Below, piece by piece: positions 13,061 through 25,700 of a stretch of 64,000 bases of DNA. This DNA comes from Phyllobates terribilis (taxonomy: Eukaryota): the NCBI RefSeq assembly GCF_046119375.1, contig NW_027362764.1, positions 799,118,001 through 799,182,000 on the forward strand, read 5' to 3'. A program made the position numbers and the translations under genes. The first letter of the stretch is position 1. Every line of letters starts with the position of its first letter. The notes beneath the pieces were generated by a model that ran no database searches, was not told the origin of the DNA, and worked only from the letters and a program-made list of their open reading frames with translations.

Positions 13061-15150
13061 ACAAAGTCAAATCCACTGTGTTATTTTGGGAGGTGTATTC
13101 CCATGCACCGCTTCACACCCACACATGGGTATACGCTTCCTCATTTCGGCTGTTTTTTGTTCTTCTCCTTATCCTCAGCCTCCACCACCACATACCACCA
13201 GGGTGACCGTGGTCCATGTAGCCAGCATTGCAAGTTCCTCCATCCTAATTTTTGGCAGCTTTTGCTTGGAAGGCATAGGCAAAGACTATGGAAGACCCAC
13301 TCCCCAATAGTGGGAATAATGTTTTTAAGATGCTGTACTGCATGGCTCTTGTAAGGGGCATTGCAAGTTCCTCCGTCCTAATTTTTGGCAGCTTTTGCTT
13401 GGAAGGCATAGGCAAAGACTATGGGAGACCCACTCCCCAATAATGGGAATAATGTTTTTAATATGCTGTACTGCATGGCTCTTGTAAGGGGCATTAAAAT
13501 CGTCTTGTTAAGCTACTGTGACCTCCACGTCTTTTCCAAGGGGCATTAAAACCGTCTTGTTAAACCACTCTGAACTCCACGTCTCTTCCAAGGGGCATTA
13601 ATACCGTCTTGTTAAACCACTCTGAACTCCACAGCTCTTCCAAGGGGCATTGAAATGTTGTTTTTAATTACCTCTAACCTTCAGGACTCTTCCAACGGGC
13701 ATTGCATTTCCTCCTAATTTTAGTCAGGTTTGGCTTTTAAATGCATAGGTGTACACTAAGGGAGACCCACTCCCCAATAATGGGTAGAAGGTTTTTAGTA
13801 CTCTGTAATCCACGTCTGTTTCAAGGGGCATTGCAGTTCCTCATAATTTTTGGAAAGCCTTCCATTCACTGCTTAGGCCAACAGTGCACAGGAGACCCAG
13901 TTGCTATAAATGGATAAAACGGTTTAGTTAACGCCCTCTGACCTCCATGTCACTTCCAAAGGGCATTGGAGTGCTTCGAAATTTTTGGTAGGCATTGCAC
14001 TCAGTGTATGCCCTATAACTGTGTAGCTGAACCGCTCCTTTTGGTACAGAAACATATCCTACAAGACATGTGTGGTTGACTGGCCTGATATTGATGTGAA
14101 TGGTCCCTGTTCCTCCTGCTCTTTCTCCTTTGCCACCACCTCATCCATCATTTATCACCTGAAGCTTTGTTTTAACGGGAGTCATAGAACTGGGATAGTA
14201 GCAGGAAAACATCCAGCAATCCTCAGAGGAGGTAGGATATGCGCCAAAACGCTGACCACCTCAGGCCTAGCCGCTACTACATACATGCGCTGGCATTCCA
14301 AGGAGCAGAAAGCTAAGGAGATGGATGGCCTCATGATCATGAATAATTTACTCCTTGTGTAGGAGGCCGACCACTGCTGCTGTCTCCCTTCTGAACTTTG
14401 TGTTGAAGCCTGATTGACCCAGGACCAGCAATCCTCTATATCTGGAGGACGTGTTGCATCCCAGTGTCCAACTGTGTCCCGGCTTCCACAATATTAACCC
14501 AGTGTGAAGGCATCAGTGAGATGGACCATCCCTGGCCACATTCCCTTGTCCACGTGTTTGTGGTTAGGCTGTCCTTACTACTAAATGCACTGGGGAGGGC
14601 ACAGGTAATGTTTTGGTATGCGCGCTTGTGTATAAGGTGCACCGGGACAAATAGGGGCGGCTGGGGACCGAGTATGGACACCCGGCCGACCCCTGGCGGC
14701 TGGGGACCGAGTGTGAACACCCGGCATCCGGGCGGCTGGGGACTGACTATGGATACCAGGCCGCCGACGCAGCCATGACATGGGGGCCGGCGTCTGCCTC
14801 TACAAGCCTAAAAGGCCTCATTTCAAGTGCAAGCAAGCTAGCAGTATGGTATTGCAGCCTGGGGGTGGCGGGGTGGTTGGCAGGCTGCACACTTACGCTT
14901 GCATTCCAAGAAAACAAAGCAGATGCTAACTTTTATCATCATGAAGCCTACAAAATTGGAGTATTATCCCAAATCAAGTATAAGTCCATATTAATGTATA
15001 AAAGACACTTTATTTCATATATAAAATTAAAATTGTGTAACAAAGTTAAAAAATTAGATCACTCAGGGTAGGAATACACACAGATGCAGGGCAGCGATTG
15101 TTGGTGGGTCCTGAGGGGATAGCTGACTGACCCTATTCAACACTTACATA

Positions 15151-16045
15151 TCATAGAATCATAGAATGGTAGAGTTGGAAGGGACCTCCTGGGTCATCTG
15201 GTCCAACCCCCTGCTCAAAGCAGGATTCACTAGATCATCTCAGACAGATGTCTGTCCAGCCTCTGTTTGAAGACGTCCATTGAAGGGGAACTCACCACCT
15301 CTCGTGGCCGCCTGTTCCACTCATTGATCTCCTAACTGTCAAAAAGTCTCTTCTAATATCTAATCTGTGTCTTCTACTTTCAGTTTCATCCCATTGCTTC
15401 TAGTCTTTCCTTGTGAAATTGAGAATAAAGATGATCCTTCTACAATGTGACAGCCCTTGAGATATTTGTAGACAGCTATTAAGTCTCCTCTCAGTCTTCT
15501 TTTTTGCAAGTTAAACATTCCCAGATCCTGTAACCGTTCCTCATAGGACATGGTTTGCAGACCAGTCACCATTCTGGTCGCTCTTCTCTGAACTTGCTCC
15601 AGTTTGTCTATGTCTTTTTTAAAATGTGGTGCCCAAAACTGTGTACAGTATTCCAGATGAGGTCTGACCAAAGAGGAGTAAAGACCGATAATGACTTCAC
15701 GTGATCTAGACTGTATGCTTCTGTTAATACATCCCAGAATTGTATTTGCCTTTTTTGCTGCTGCATCACACTGTTGACTCATGTTCAGTCTATGATCTAT
15801 TAGTATACCTAAGTCTTTTTCACATGTACTGTTGCTTAGCTCTATTCCTCCCATTCTGTATATGCTTTTTTCATTTTTATTGCCCAGATGTAGTACTTTG
15901 CATTTTTCCCTGTTAAAAACCATTCTGTTGGTTGCTGCCCACTGCTCCAGTTTATTTAGGTCTTTTTGAATCCTCTCTCTCTCTTCTCTAATATTAGCTA
16001 TCCCTCCTAGCTTTGTGTCATCAGCAAATTTAATCAGTTTACCCC
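15151..16045 (-). mobile_element. 5'-truncated CR1 LINE (RT C-terminus plus 3' end)
   Basis: KLIKFADDTKLGG...NREKCKVLHLG...RPHLEYC..FWAP...LQKRRLRGDLI; (ATTCTATG)2 tail on the minus strand at about 15151-15167. Confidence 0.92.
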
Positions 16046-16059
16046 ATATATCCATAACA

Positions 16060-16780
16060 CACGTAAACAGTATATACATGGCAGTAGGCAGTGTATGGAA
16101 GCTAAAGAATCTCCCTAAAGTAGGGGCCTCCACACAGAGAGCAACAATCAAAGAAAGCCACCAAAGAGGGTCGAACAGGCAAAGTAACGATAACAGGTCG
16201 AATCAGAGAGCTCACCCATAAGGTACTGGAGTAACCACCAAGCCGCTCTGCAGCCCCGACTCGCGTTTCGCGTGGCTTCTTCAGGGGGCTGTGGTTGTGG
16301 AAATAGTGGGCACCATTATATCTCCTGCAAGATCGTGTCGCAGGTGACACCGCTGATTACTGCAGCGCATGCGGAGTAGCAGAGCGTCCCCCCGCGTCGC
16401 GTCACATCCGGCCCGTTTCCCGAAGGGACCATGGGCAGGGACGCGCAACTAATGACGTCACTACCCACAATCCTGACGTACGGAAGCCCGACGGGACGCG
16501 GCCAGACCGGGACGGCACTGCGCATGCGCGGTTCAGCGGTGGCCATGACAAGTAGGGGACAAAGTAAGCCCAAAGGGATATGTACTGGTTATATGAGACA
16601 GAACTCAATTAACAAGAGAGGGGAAGCAGTAAACCAACTCATAAAGCGGCTATTACCCTGATCCAGGAACCATAACAATACAGTACATGCATACATAAAG
16701 ATGTGATATATATATACAAATATAATAATATCGGTCCATTGGATCATTGAAATCTTGTATGCAGTGGTCGATTTCTTGTT
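16060..16780 (-). mobile_element. Probable Penelope-like terminal-repeat fragment; boundaries approximate
   Basis: Carries a minimal hammerhead motif, which is characteristic of Penelope-like pLTRs. No ORF support. Confidence 0.4.
16251..16291 (-). ncRNA. Minimal type I hammerhead ribozyme motif
   Basis: Minus strand reads CAGCCCC-CUGAAGA-AGCCACGC-GAAA-CGCGAG-UC-GGGGCUG: 7-bp helix I, catalytic core, GUC triplet. Confidence 0.7.
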
Positions 16781-19700
16781 GGTAAAGTCAGCGCATCCCT
16801 AGAATATCCAATAGTCCCATACAGTAGTCGAGGCATATAAATGGTGATAAAGAGATCATCATTATCATGCTCCTCACCTTGGCACTCTCAACTCCCCTGA
16901 TGGAGAAGCCAGGGCCCACCGGAGGAGTCTGGCTGTCTGGTGGGCTCGGCCAATGCTGCCCAAAAGCAGGCCAGGCTAAGAAAAGTGTGGGGAAGGTTAC
17001 CGGGACAAATAGGGGTGGCTGGGGACCGTTTATGGACACCCGGCCGCCCCCTGGCGGCTGGGACCAAGCGTGGACACCCAGCGGCTGGGGACTGAGTATG
17101 GATACCAGGCCGCCGACGCAGCCATGGCGTGGTGGCCAGATTCCGCCTCCACATGCCTAAAAGGCCCAATTTCAAGTGCAAGCAAGCAAGCAGTATGGTA
17201 TTGCAGCCTGGAGGTGGGTGGCAGGCTGCATACTTGCGCTTGCATTGCAATGAATGGGGGAGGTACAATTGAACACTGCCATGGGACTAGAACTTGCATG
17301 GGGATAGTTGCAAGTCTGCATCTTCTGATGCGGCAAGGATCACTTCTGATGGGCATACTTTTAGGCAGTGACCTAGGTATCAGAGATGCTTCCAGGGGTC
17401 TTCCCCATACTGTTGCCATGTCTTTTCAGCACCGTATACATGTGTCACACAGCACATGGCCAGATAAGGTTGTAAAATGTTAAAATGACATTTCCCGGTG
17501 AATGCATTTGTCACGGTTGAAAGCAATACAAAAGTGCAAAAACTCATAAAAAATGCTACTTGTGAACATAGCCCAAGGAGTGGAGGAGTATTTTTGTTTT
17601 TGGTTATTTATTTTACCTTATACACAAGTCGTTACCCTGGAAAGGAAGTTCCTTAACATATTTCACAGGAAAGCAGTTAGTTTCAGTTTAGTTTTTGAAC
17701 GTTTTATTGTGAGTCCGTAAAAGTGGTTTAATACCTCTGACCACGTTGTTGACAGCAGTGACCTGGGGGTCATAAATGCTTCCTGGGGCGATCCCCATGC
17801 TGTCCCCATGTCATTTGAGCACTGTCACTATCGTTTTGGGCACTTTTTAGGCTTTCTACAGACTGCCGGGGGTGCCGCCGCAAAAATGCTCGGATCTTCC
17901 ATAGACTAACATTGGGCTCGTTGCTCGGGTCGAGCACCCGAGTATCACGGTGAGCTCGGCCCGAGCTTCGAGCACCCGAGCATTTTAGTGTTCGCTCAAC
18001 ACTACTCTCTAATAGTGATGAGCGAGCACTAAAATGCTCGGGTGCTCGTTGCTCGGGTCAAGCACATCGGAATACTCGGGTACTCGACCCGAGCAACGAG
18101 CCCAATGTAAGTCTATGGGAAACTCGAGCATTTTTCTGGTGGTCCCCCCCGGCGGTCTGCAGAAGGTCAAAAATTGCCCATGACAGGAACGCTGCCATCC
18201 AGCTTGCCATGCCACAGACACTGAGAAGCTCCTCAGTGAAGCTCCTCAGTGTCTGGCTGTGACGGCATCCAGATGAGCCGAGTTCATGTCCAATGAACTC
18301 AGCTCACCTCATGCACCTCACTGACAGCGTGGGAGAATTCTCCTGTGCATGCGGTGTTGGCAACAACGTGGTTAGAGGTATTAAGCCACTTTTGCGGAGT
18401 CACAAGAAAACGTTCAAACACGAAACTGAAACGGTTTTCCTGTGAAATATGTTAAGGAACTTCCTTTCCAGGGTAAAGACTTGTGTATAAGGTAAAATAA
18501 ATAACTAAAAACAAAAATACTCCTCCACACCTTGGGCTATGTTCACAAGTAGCATTGTTTATGCGTTTTTGCACTTTTGTATTGCTTTCAACCGTGACAA
18601 ATGCATTCACTGGAAATGTCATTTTAACATTTTACAATCTTATCTGGCCATGTGCTGTGTGACACATGCATACAGTGCTGAAAAGCCATGGGAACAGCAT
18701 GGGGAAGACCCCTGGAAGCATCTCTGACACCTAGGTCACTGCCTAAAAGTGTGCCCATCAGGAGTGATCCTTGCCGCATCAGAAGATGCAGACTTGCAAC
18801 TATCCCCGTGCAAGTCCTTGTCCCAGGGCATTGTTCAATTGTGCCTCCCCCATTCCTTGCAATGCAAGCGCAAGTATGCAGCCTGCCACCCACCCACCCC
18901 CAAGCTGCAATACCATACTGCTAGCTTGCTTGCACTTGAAATTGGGCCTTTTAGGCATGTGGAGGCGGAAACTGGCCACCTCATCATGGCTGCGTCGGCG
19001 GCCTGGTATCCATATTCAGTCCCCAGCCTCACGACGGACGGGTGTCCACGCTTGGTTCCCAGCCGCCAGGGTTCGGCCGGGTGTCCATACTCGGTCCCCA
19101 TCCGCCTTGCGGCCGGGTGCCCACACACGGTCCCCAGCCTCCTGGGGTCAGCCGGGTGTCCATACTCGGTCCCCAGCCGCCCCTATTTGTCCCGGTGCGT
19201 CTTATACACAAGCGCGCATACCAAAACATTACCTGTGCCCTCCCCAGTGCATTTAGTGGTAAGGACAGCCTAACCACAAACACGTGGACAAGTGAATGTG
19301 GCCAGGGATGGTCCATCTCACTGACGCCTTCACACTGGGTTAATATTGTGGAAGCCAGGACACAGTTGGACACTGGGATGCAACACGTCCTCCAGACATA
19401 GAGGATTGCGGGACCTGGGTCAATGAGGCTTCAACACAAAGTTCAGAAGGTAGACAGCAGCAGTGGTCGGCCTCCTACACAACGAGTAAATTATTCATGA
19501 TCATGAGGCCATCCATCTCCTTAGCTTTCTGTTCCTTGGAATGCAAGCGCATGTATGTAGTAGCGGCTAGGCCTGAGGTGGTCAGCGTTTTCGCGCATAT
19601 CCTACCTCCTCCGAGGATTGCTGGATGTTTTCCTGCTACTATCCCAGTTCTATGACTCCCGTTAAAACAAAGCTTCAGGTGTTGAATGATGGATGAGGTG

Positions 19701-21385
19701 GTGGCAAAGGAGAAAGAGCAGGAGGAACAGGGACCATTCACATCAATATCAGGCCAGTCAACCAGATATGTCTTGTAGGATATGTTTCTGTACCAAAAGG
19801 AGCGGTTCTGTCAGGACTGCGAATATTTTTAATTACATTTTGGCCATTTTTGCCCTCTTTCAAGATGGTGTCTTTTGTCTCATGTGCCCCCTAGTCTTCC
19901 TGCTTTATAACTCCACCCCAGCCTCTAATCCGTGCTAGTGTATTCTGCCTGTGACCTGTTCCTGGTGGTTTCCTAGTTTCCTGCTCTGCCCTGCAGACCT
20001 GTTGTGGATCTTCTGTTACCTGCTCTCAGAGACTCTGCTGCATTCAGTTGTTACCAGTATTCCTCCTTCTCCTGGCTGCTCCTGCTGCTACCTCTGAGCC
20101 TCAGTCTTCACCTGCATTCTGCTAACAAGCTGGTTTCTGCTCTGACTCACCTGCATTAGATAGTTGCAGAGCACGGGACTGTGCTGCACTATCAGGGACT
20201 TCTACCCAGGCCTCCCTGGATAATGTAATATATATATTGTATGGGCTTCCTTGCATGGACTTGATAAAGACTTCCTTGTTTTCTAACATCCTCTAGTGTG
20301 AACTGCACTTTACAGACTGCTCTGCTGATTGCATTTTCCCCAGAGTGTTTATGGACTTTGAGTTTTCGTCTGCACTTGTTTGAATCACCGTGTGTTTGTA
20401 ATATAAACTTTGACACCTATAAACTGTGTTCTGTTGTATCTTTGTTCCACGCAAAAAGACTCCTGTGGTATCCATTATAATTATTACAGGTTCGGCTACA
20501 CAGTTATAGGGCATACAGTGAGTGCAATGCCTAAGAAAAATTTTGAGACACTCCAATGCCCCTTGGAAGTGACATGGAGGTCAGAGGGCCTTAACTAAAC
20601 CGTTTTTTCCATTAATAGCAACTGGGTCTCCTGTGCACTGTTGGCCTAAGCAGTGAATGGAAGGCTTTCCAAAAATTATGAGGAACTGCAATGCCCCTTG
20701 AAACAGACGTGGATTACAGCGTACACAAAACCTTCTACCCATTATTGGGGAGTGGGTCTCCCTTAGTTTTCGCCTTTGCATTGAAAAGAAAAAGCTGACT
20801 AAAATTAGGAGGAAATGCAATGCCCGTTGGAAGAGTCGTGGAGGTTAGAGGTAATTAAAAATAACATTTCAATGCCCCTTGGAAGAGCTGTGGAGTTCAG
20901 AGTGGCTTAAGAAGACGCTTTTAATGCCCCTTACAAGAGCCATGCAGTACAGCATCTTAAAAACATTATTCCCATTATTGGGGAGTGGGTCTCCCACAGT
21001 CTTTGCCTATGCCTTCCAAGCAAAAGGTGCCAAAAATTAGGACGGAGGAACTTGCAATGCTGGCAACACGGACCACAGTCACCCTGGTGGTATAGTGGTG
21101 GTGGAGGCTGAGGATAAGGAAAAGAACAAAAAACATCCGAAATCAGGAAGCGTATACCCATGTGTGGGTGTGAAGCGGTGCATGGGAATACACCTCCCGA
21201 AATAACACAGTGGTTTTGACTTTGTTACTCTGCTGTCATTTGGTGGTGATGAGAAGTCTGGCCCAATCAATCCATTTCCGTGTCCTCATCAAGATGACGA
21301 CTGACCATGCTCTCCTCCTCCTCCTCCCCCCTGTCCTCAGGCCACCCACGCTGAACCAAAGGTATGACAGTTGTACAGGTACTAC

Positions 21386-22390
21386 TGACGCGCCCCTGGG
21401 CCTGCTGTGTCGCGCAGCGTCTCGCGCACGGGGGCTTACCCGGAACCGGATCAGATGAGGGTTGTAGTCTCCGAGTGGCGGGGGACCCGGCCCGTGCCCA
21501 GGGAGTCAAACTCAGTGTGTGGCAGTCTTGATAGATGTTATTTGAGTGTCGACTACGCCACCCGTTGATTTGCAGCTATGGAGCTGCCGCTGCAGGGCAG
21601 ACCGCTGAGGCCGGTGTAGAATTGTGCAGCGTGATAGTATAACCCCCAACGGGAGGGGTATGGCCTCAGGGCAGCCGACGTGGAAGATGGGGGTAGCAGG
21701 AACCACTCAGAGACGGTGCGGTGTAATTCAGGGTCTTTACTGGTAACAACAATAGACCCTCCCGGAGTACTTGCTAGCGAACGGGGCCTGGTCAGTCCTT
21801 GAGCAGATGGGATCTCCCCTGGCCAGGCGGAGTTGTAGGCCTCCCAAACTGACTGTACTCTTCTGGCTACCTTGCTAGAAGCGGATATAAGTAGCCCACG
21901 TCCCTGAGTGTACCGTGTGGTGCTCACCCGTATGGCCGGTGACTCGGGGCCTTCTATTGGCTTCCGCTCCACGATGGCGGTGCTGGTCCCACACGTGTGA
22001 CCGTGCCTTCAGGTTTCTGGGCCTGAGGACCTGAAATCCCCTGCCGGTCGGCTTCTGCTGCTGGGTAAGAGTTAGTCCCCACAGCCTCGGACGCCGGGTC
22101 CGGTAAGAAAGCTTCTCAGTCAGGGCGAGCTCTGCAGCTGCCAGCCCCTGACTCGTAGTAGTATTGCTCCCACTGAGCTCCAGCTGTTTCCTCCTATGAC
22201 TGTTTCTTGTCTCTACTCTCCTGGACTCCTAACCCTGCTTCAGCCCCGGGTTTATATAGGGGAAGTTCTTCCCCTCCCAAGACTGGGCAGGAGGTGTGGC
22301 ATGCACAGGATCCCTGACCAAAGGACCTCCCACCTGCTCTCAGACATAACATCTCTATCACTGTGGCAACCAGACCCCTGGGGTGTCACA
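21386..22390 (-). repeat. 3' LTR of the Gypsy element
   Basis: Direct repeat of 28237-29241 (offset 6851); minus strand TGTGACACCCC...GGGGCGCGTCA. Confidence 0.95.
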
Positions 22391-22400
22391 TTCCCCCCTA
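22391..22400 (-). other. Polypurine tract
   Basis: Minus strand AGGGGGGAA immediately precedes the 3' LTR. Confidence 0.85.
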
Positions 22401-22750
22401 GTGAAATTTAGTACTCCGGGACTAAACATATTTTAGAAAAACATAACAAGATAAAAACAATAATAACACAATAAGAAAAACATATAAAGATGGTTACGGC
22501 ATGTCCGTAACCGGGTGCAGTCTTTGAAGAAAAGCAAGGTGTCCATTTCACCAAAACAGGGAGACGTAACCAGGTAGGGGTCTGTCCTACCCCGAGTCCT
22601 TAACAGTCTTTAGTCCGTCCTGGGTTACGCTCCAACTATGTACAAGGATTCCCGGTAAATCCGCCAAGGACTCCTACAAATAACTAGAAACACAAAATTA
22701 TACACAAGCAACAATACACAGGTAAACATAAATAAAACAATTTATACACT

Positions 22751-25700
22751 TCAAATCCTCCACCGTGCGGGTAACTGGCCTCTAGTGGCCCTAGTGGACC
22801 TACGGAGCTGACTGCCTAGCCCTGAACTACAGGGTGTAGGAGCTGTCAAGGGTAAACTGGGCAGCTGTCTACCGGCTCTTTGGCTCACTAGGGATATGGC
22901 AGGCTCACTGCAAGCAGAGGGTTGATCCTCCTGGTCTGCGGGTGTGGGGTCTTCTGCCTCCTGGACCGGCTGTTCTTCCAGCTCTACCTGTTGCTCCGTA
23001 GGTGCTTGGGATGCTGGTTGGAGGAAGGTGAGTACGGGTACCACAACTGCACCATTGACTTGAGTCCAAGACCGAGGGAAGTCCCCGAGCACAGTACTAA
23101 CCATATCTTCCCTTTCCTCTACGGGTCGATGGTCTTCTTGTTCCTCTTCAGGGTTCCTCAGTTGTTCGGGACACTTCTTCAGGTGGTCCCGGGATACAAT
23201 AGCTGTGGTTTCCCCTCCGTCTTTACTGATGGTACAAACCTTCGGGTTCTCGTGGCTTGAGGGCAGTACGGTGTACGGGTCCTTTTCCCACTGGTCGTCC
23301 AACTTGTGGAGCCGTCTCTTCCTCTTCAAGACCTGCTCTCCGGGTACCAGGGGAACAGCGGGAGCATACTGGTTGTAAGTTTTCTCTTGTCTTTCCCTAG
23401 CCTGACAGAGACTTCGCTCCACGCTCTCCTGTACTCTCCGGTACTGCTGCTGCCTCTCCGTGTCCCAGTCTGTTTCTGGTGAAGTGTCCTCGGGTGTCAG
23501 GACTCCCATTTCCAGGTCAACAGGTAACTTACCAGGTCTTGCCCTCATTAGGTAAGCCGGGGTACAGTTGGTGGAACCTACCGGGATGTGGTTGTATAGG
23601 TCCACCAGATCGGGCAACTTCTCAGGCCACAGACTGCGTTCTTCCAGGGGCAATGTTTTTAAAAGATCCATTACCACCTGGTTCATTTTCTCACAAAGTC
23701 CATTAGTTTGCGGATGGTAGGGTGTCGTCCTTATCTTCCGGCAGCCATACAGATTGCAGAATTCCTGGAAGACCTCCGCTTCAAAGGCAGGTCCCTGGTC
23801 CGTCAGCACTTGGTCCGGGTACCCGTGTGGACGGCAAAAGTGCTGCTGGAAGGCTCTAGCTGCTGTTTGAGCCGTTAAGTCCTTGACGGGGATGACAACC
23901 AAGAACCGGGAGTAATGATCCACGATGGTTAACGCGTAGACGTAGCCACTTCTGCTTGGGGTCAGTTTTACATGATCCAAGGCTACCAATTCCAACGGTT
24001 GCCGGGTGACGATGGACTGCAGGGGAGTCTTCTGGCTGGCACGGTCCTTCCTTCTCAGGTTGCACGGGCCACAGTCTCTGCACCACTTCTCAATGGTTCC
24101 CCTCATGCCTACCCAGTGGAATCGCTCGCGCAGCAGGAACTCCAGCTTCTTCCACCCGAAGTGTCCAGCTCCGTCGTGGTATGCCTCCATCACCATGGCT
24201 GCGTCTCTTCGTGGCACCACTACTTGCCAGAGTAGTTCATGCGTCCGGGAGTTAACCATTCTGCGGCACAACTTCCCCTTGTAAAGGAACAGTCGACTCT
24301 TCTCTGCCCATAGTTGTTTGGCTTCCTCCGGAGCGTCTGGTTCAAGGCAAGCCTCCGGGCGAGTCAGCATCTTCTTCACCAGTCGGACGGCAGGGTCGCT
24401 GTCTTGCGTTTCCGCCCAGTTGTAGTGAGGTAAGGGGTTCAACGTAGCAGCCTGCTTACTCCTTACCCGGTGGGAATACTGGATAGTCCCATGACGGTGG
24501 AACGCAGGGAGTTCAACTTCTTCCAGTCCCTCCGGATCTTCTCCTTCGTCCGGCAGGTTGGGCATCCTGGACAGGGCATCCGCGTTGGTATTGGAGCGTC
24601 CGGCCCGGTATTTGATTGTGAACTCGTAGTTGGACAGACGGGCCATCCACCTCTGCTCCAGGGCACCGAGTCTTGCCGTGTCCAGGTGTGTCAACGGGTT
24701 GTTATCCGTGTACACGGTGAACCGGGAAGAAGCGAGGTAATGCTTAAAGCGCTCGGTGACTGCCCATACTACGGCCAGGAACTCTAGCTTAAATGAGCTG
24801 TAATTCTCGGGGTTCCTTTCGGTGGGTCGCAGTTTTCGGCTGGCGTAGGCGATTACTCGTTCCTTCCCCTGCTGGATCTGGGACAGTACGGCTCCTAGCC
24901 CGATGTTACTGGCGTCGGTGTAGAGGATAAAGGGCTGGCTATAATCCAGGTACGCCAGGATTTCGTCCCCCTTGAGGGCCATCTTCAGCTGGCGGAAGGA
25001 CTCTTCTTCCAGCTCCTCCCATTTGAAGGGCGGCTTCTGGTTCTTGGCCTTCCGGGACTGGCCTATCAGGAGGTCCTGCATAGGTGCTGCCTTTTTGGTG
25101 AAACCGGGAATAAACCTTCGGTAGTAGCCTACCAACCCGAGGAACTGCCGCACTTCTTTTACGCTGGAGGGGCTTGGCCATTCCTTAATTGCGGTGATCT
25201 TATCAGGGTCGGGAGCCACTCCGTCAGTGCTCATCACGTGTCCCAGGTACTGCACCTTTGGTTTCAGGAGGTGACACTTGGAGGGTTTCACCTTTAGGCC
25301 GTAGCTTGCCAGAGCTTCGAACACTTCCGCCAGGTGTTTCAGGTGGTCCTCATAAGTCTTAGAATATACGATGACATCGTCCAGGTACAACAGGACCGTC
25401 TCGAAGTTTCTGTGGCCCAGACAGCACTCCATTAATCGTTGGAAGGTTCCTGGTGCGTTGCAGAGTCCGAACGGCATACAGGTAAACTCGCTAAGTCCCA
25501 TCGGGGTGGTGAATGCGGTCTTCTCCCGGTCCGCCTCTGCTACAGGAACCTGCCAGTACCCACTAGTGAGATCCAAGGTAGAAAAGAAGTTAGCAGATCT
25601 TAAAGCAGCCAAAGACTCCTCTATCCTTGGTAACGGGTACGCATCCTTGTGTGTGATACGGTTGATTTTCCGGTAATCTACACACATCCTCATGGTGTTG

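Larger units (their letters stand above)
12021..18004 (+). mobile_element. Non-autonomous hAT element A with 8-bp TSD CTCTCTAA
   Basis: Termini TAGTGTTGAGCGAGCA / TGTTCGCTCAACACTA; CTCTCTAA at 12013-12020 and 18005-18012. Confidence 0.9.

Noticed and set aside
21512-22411. ORFs of 64-139 aa duplicated in both LTRs
   Set aside because: Identical because the LTRs are identical; no recognisable protein features.
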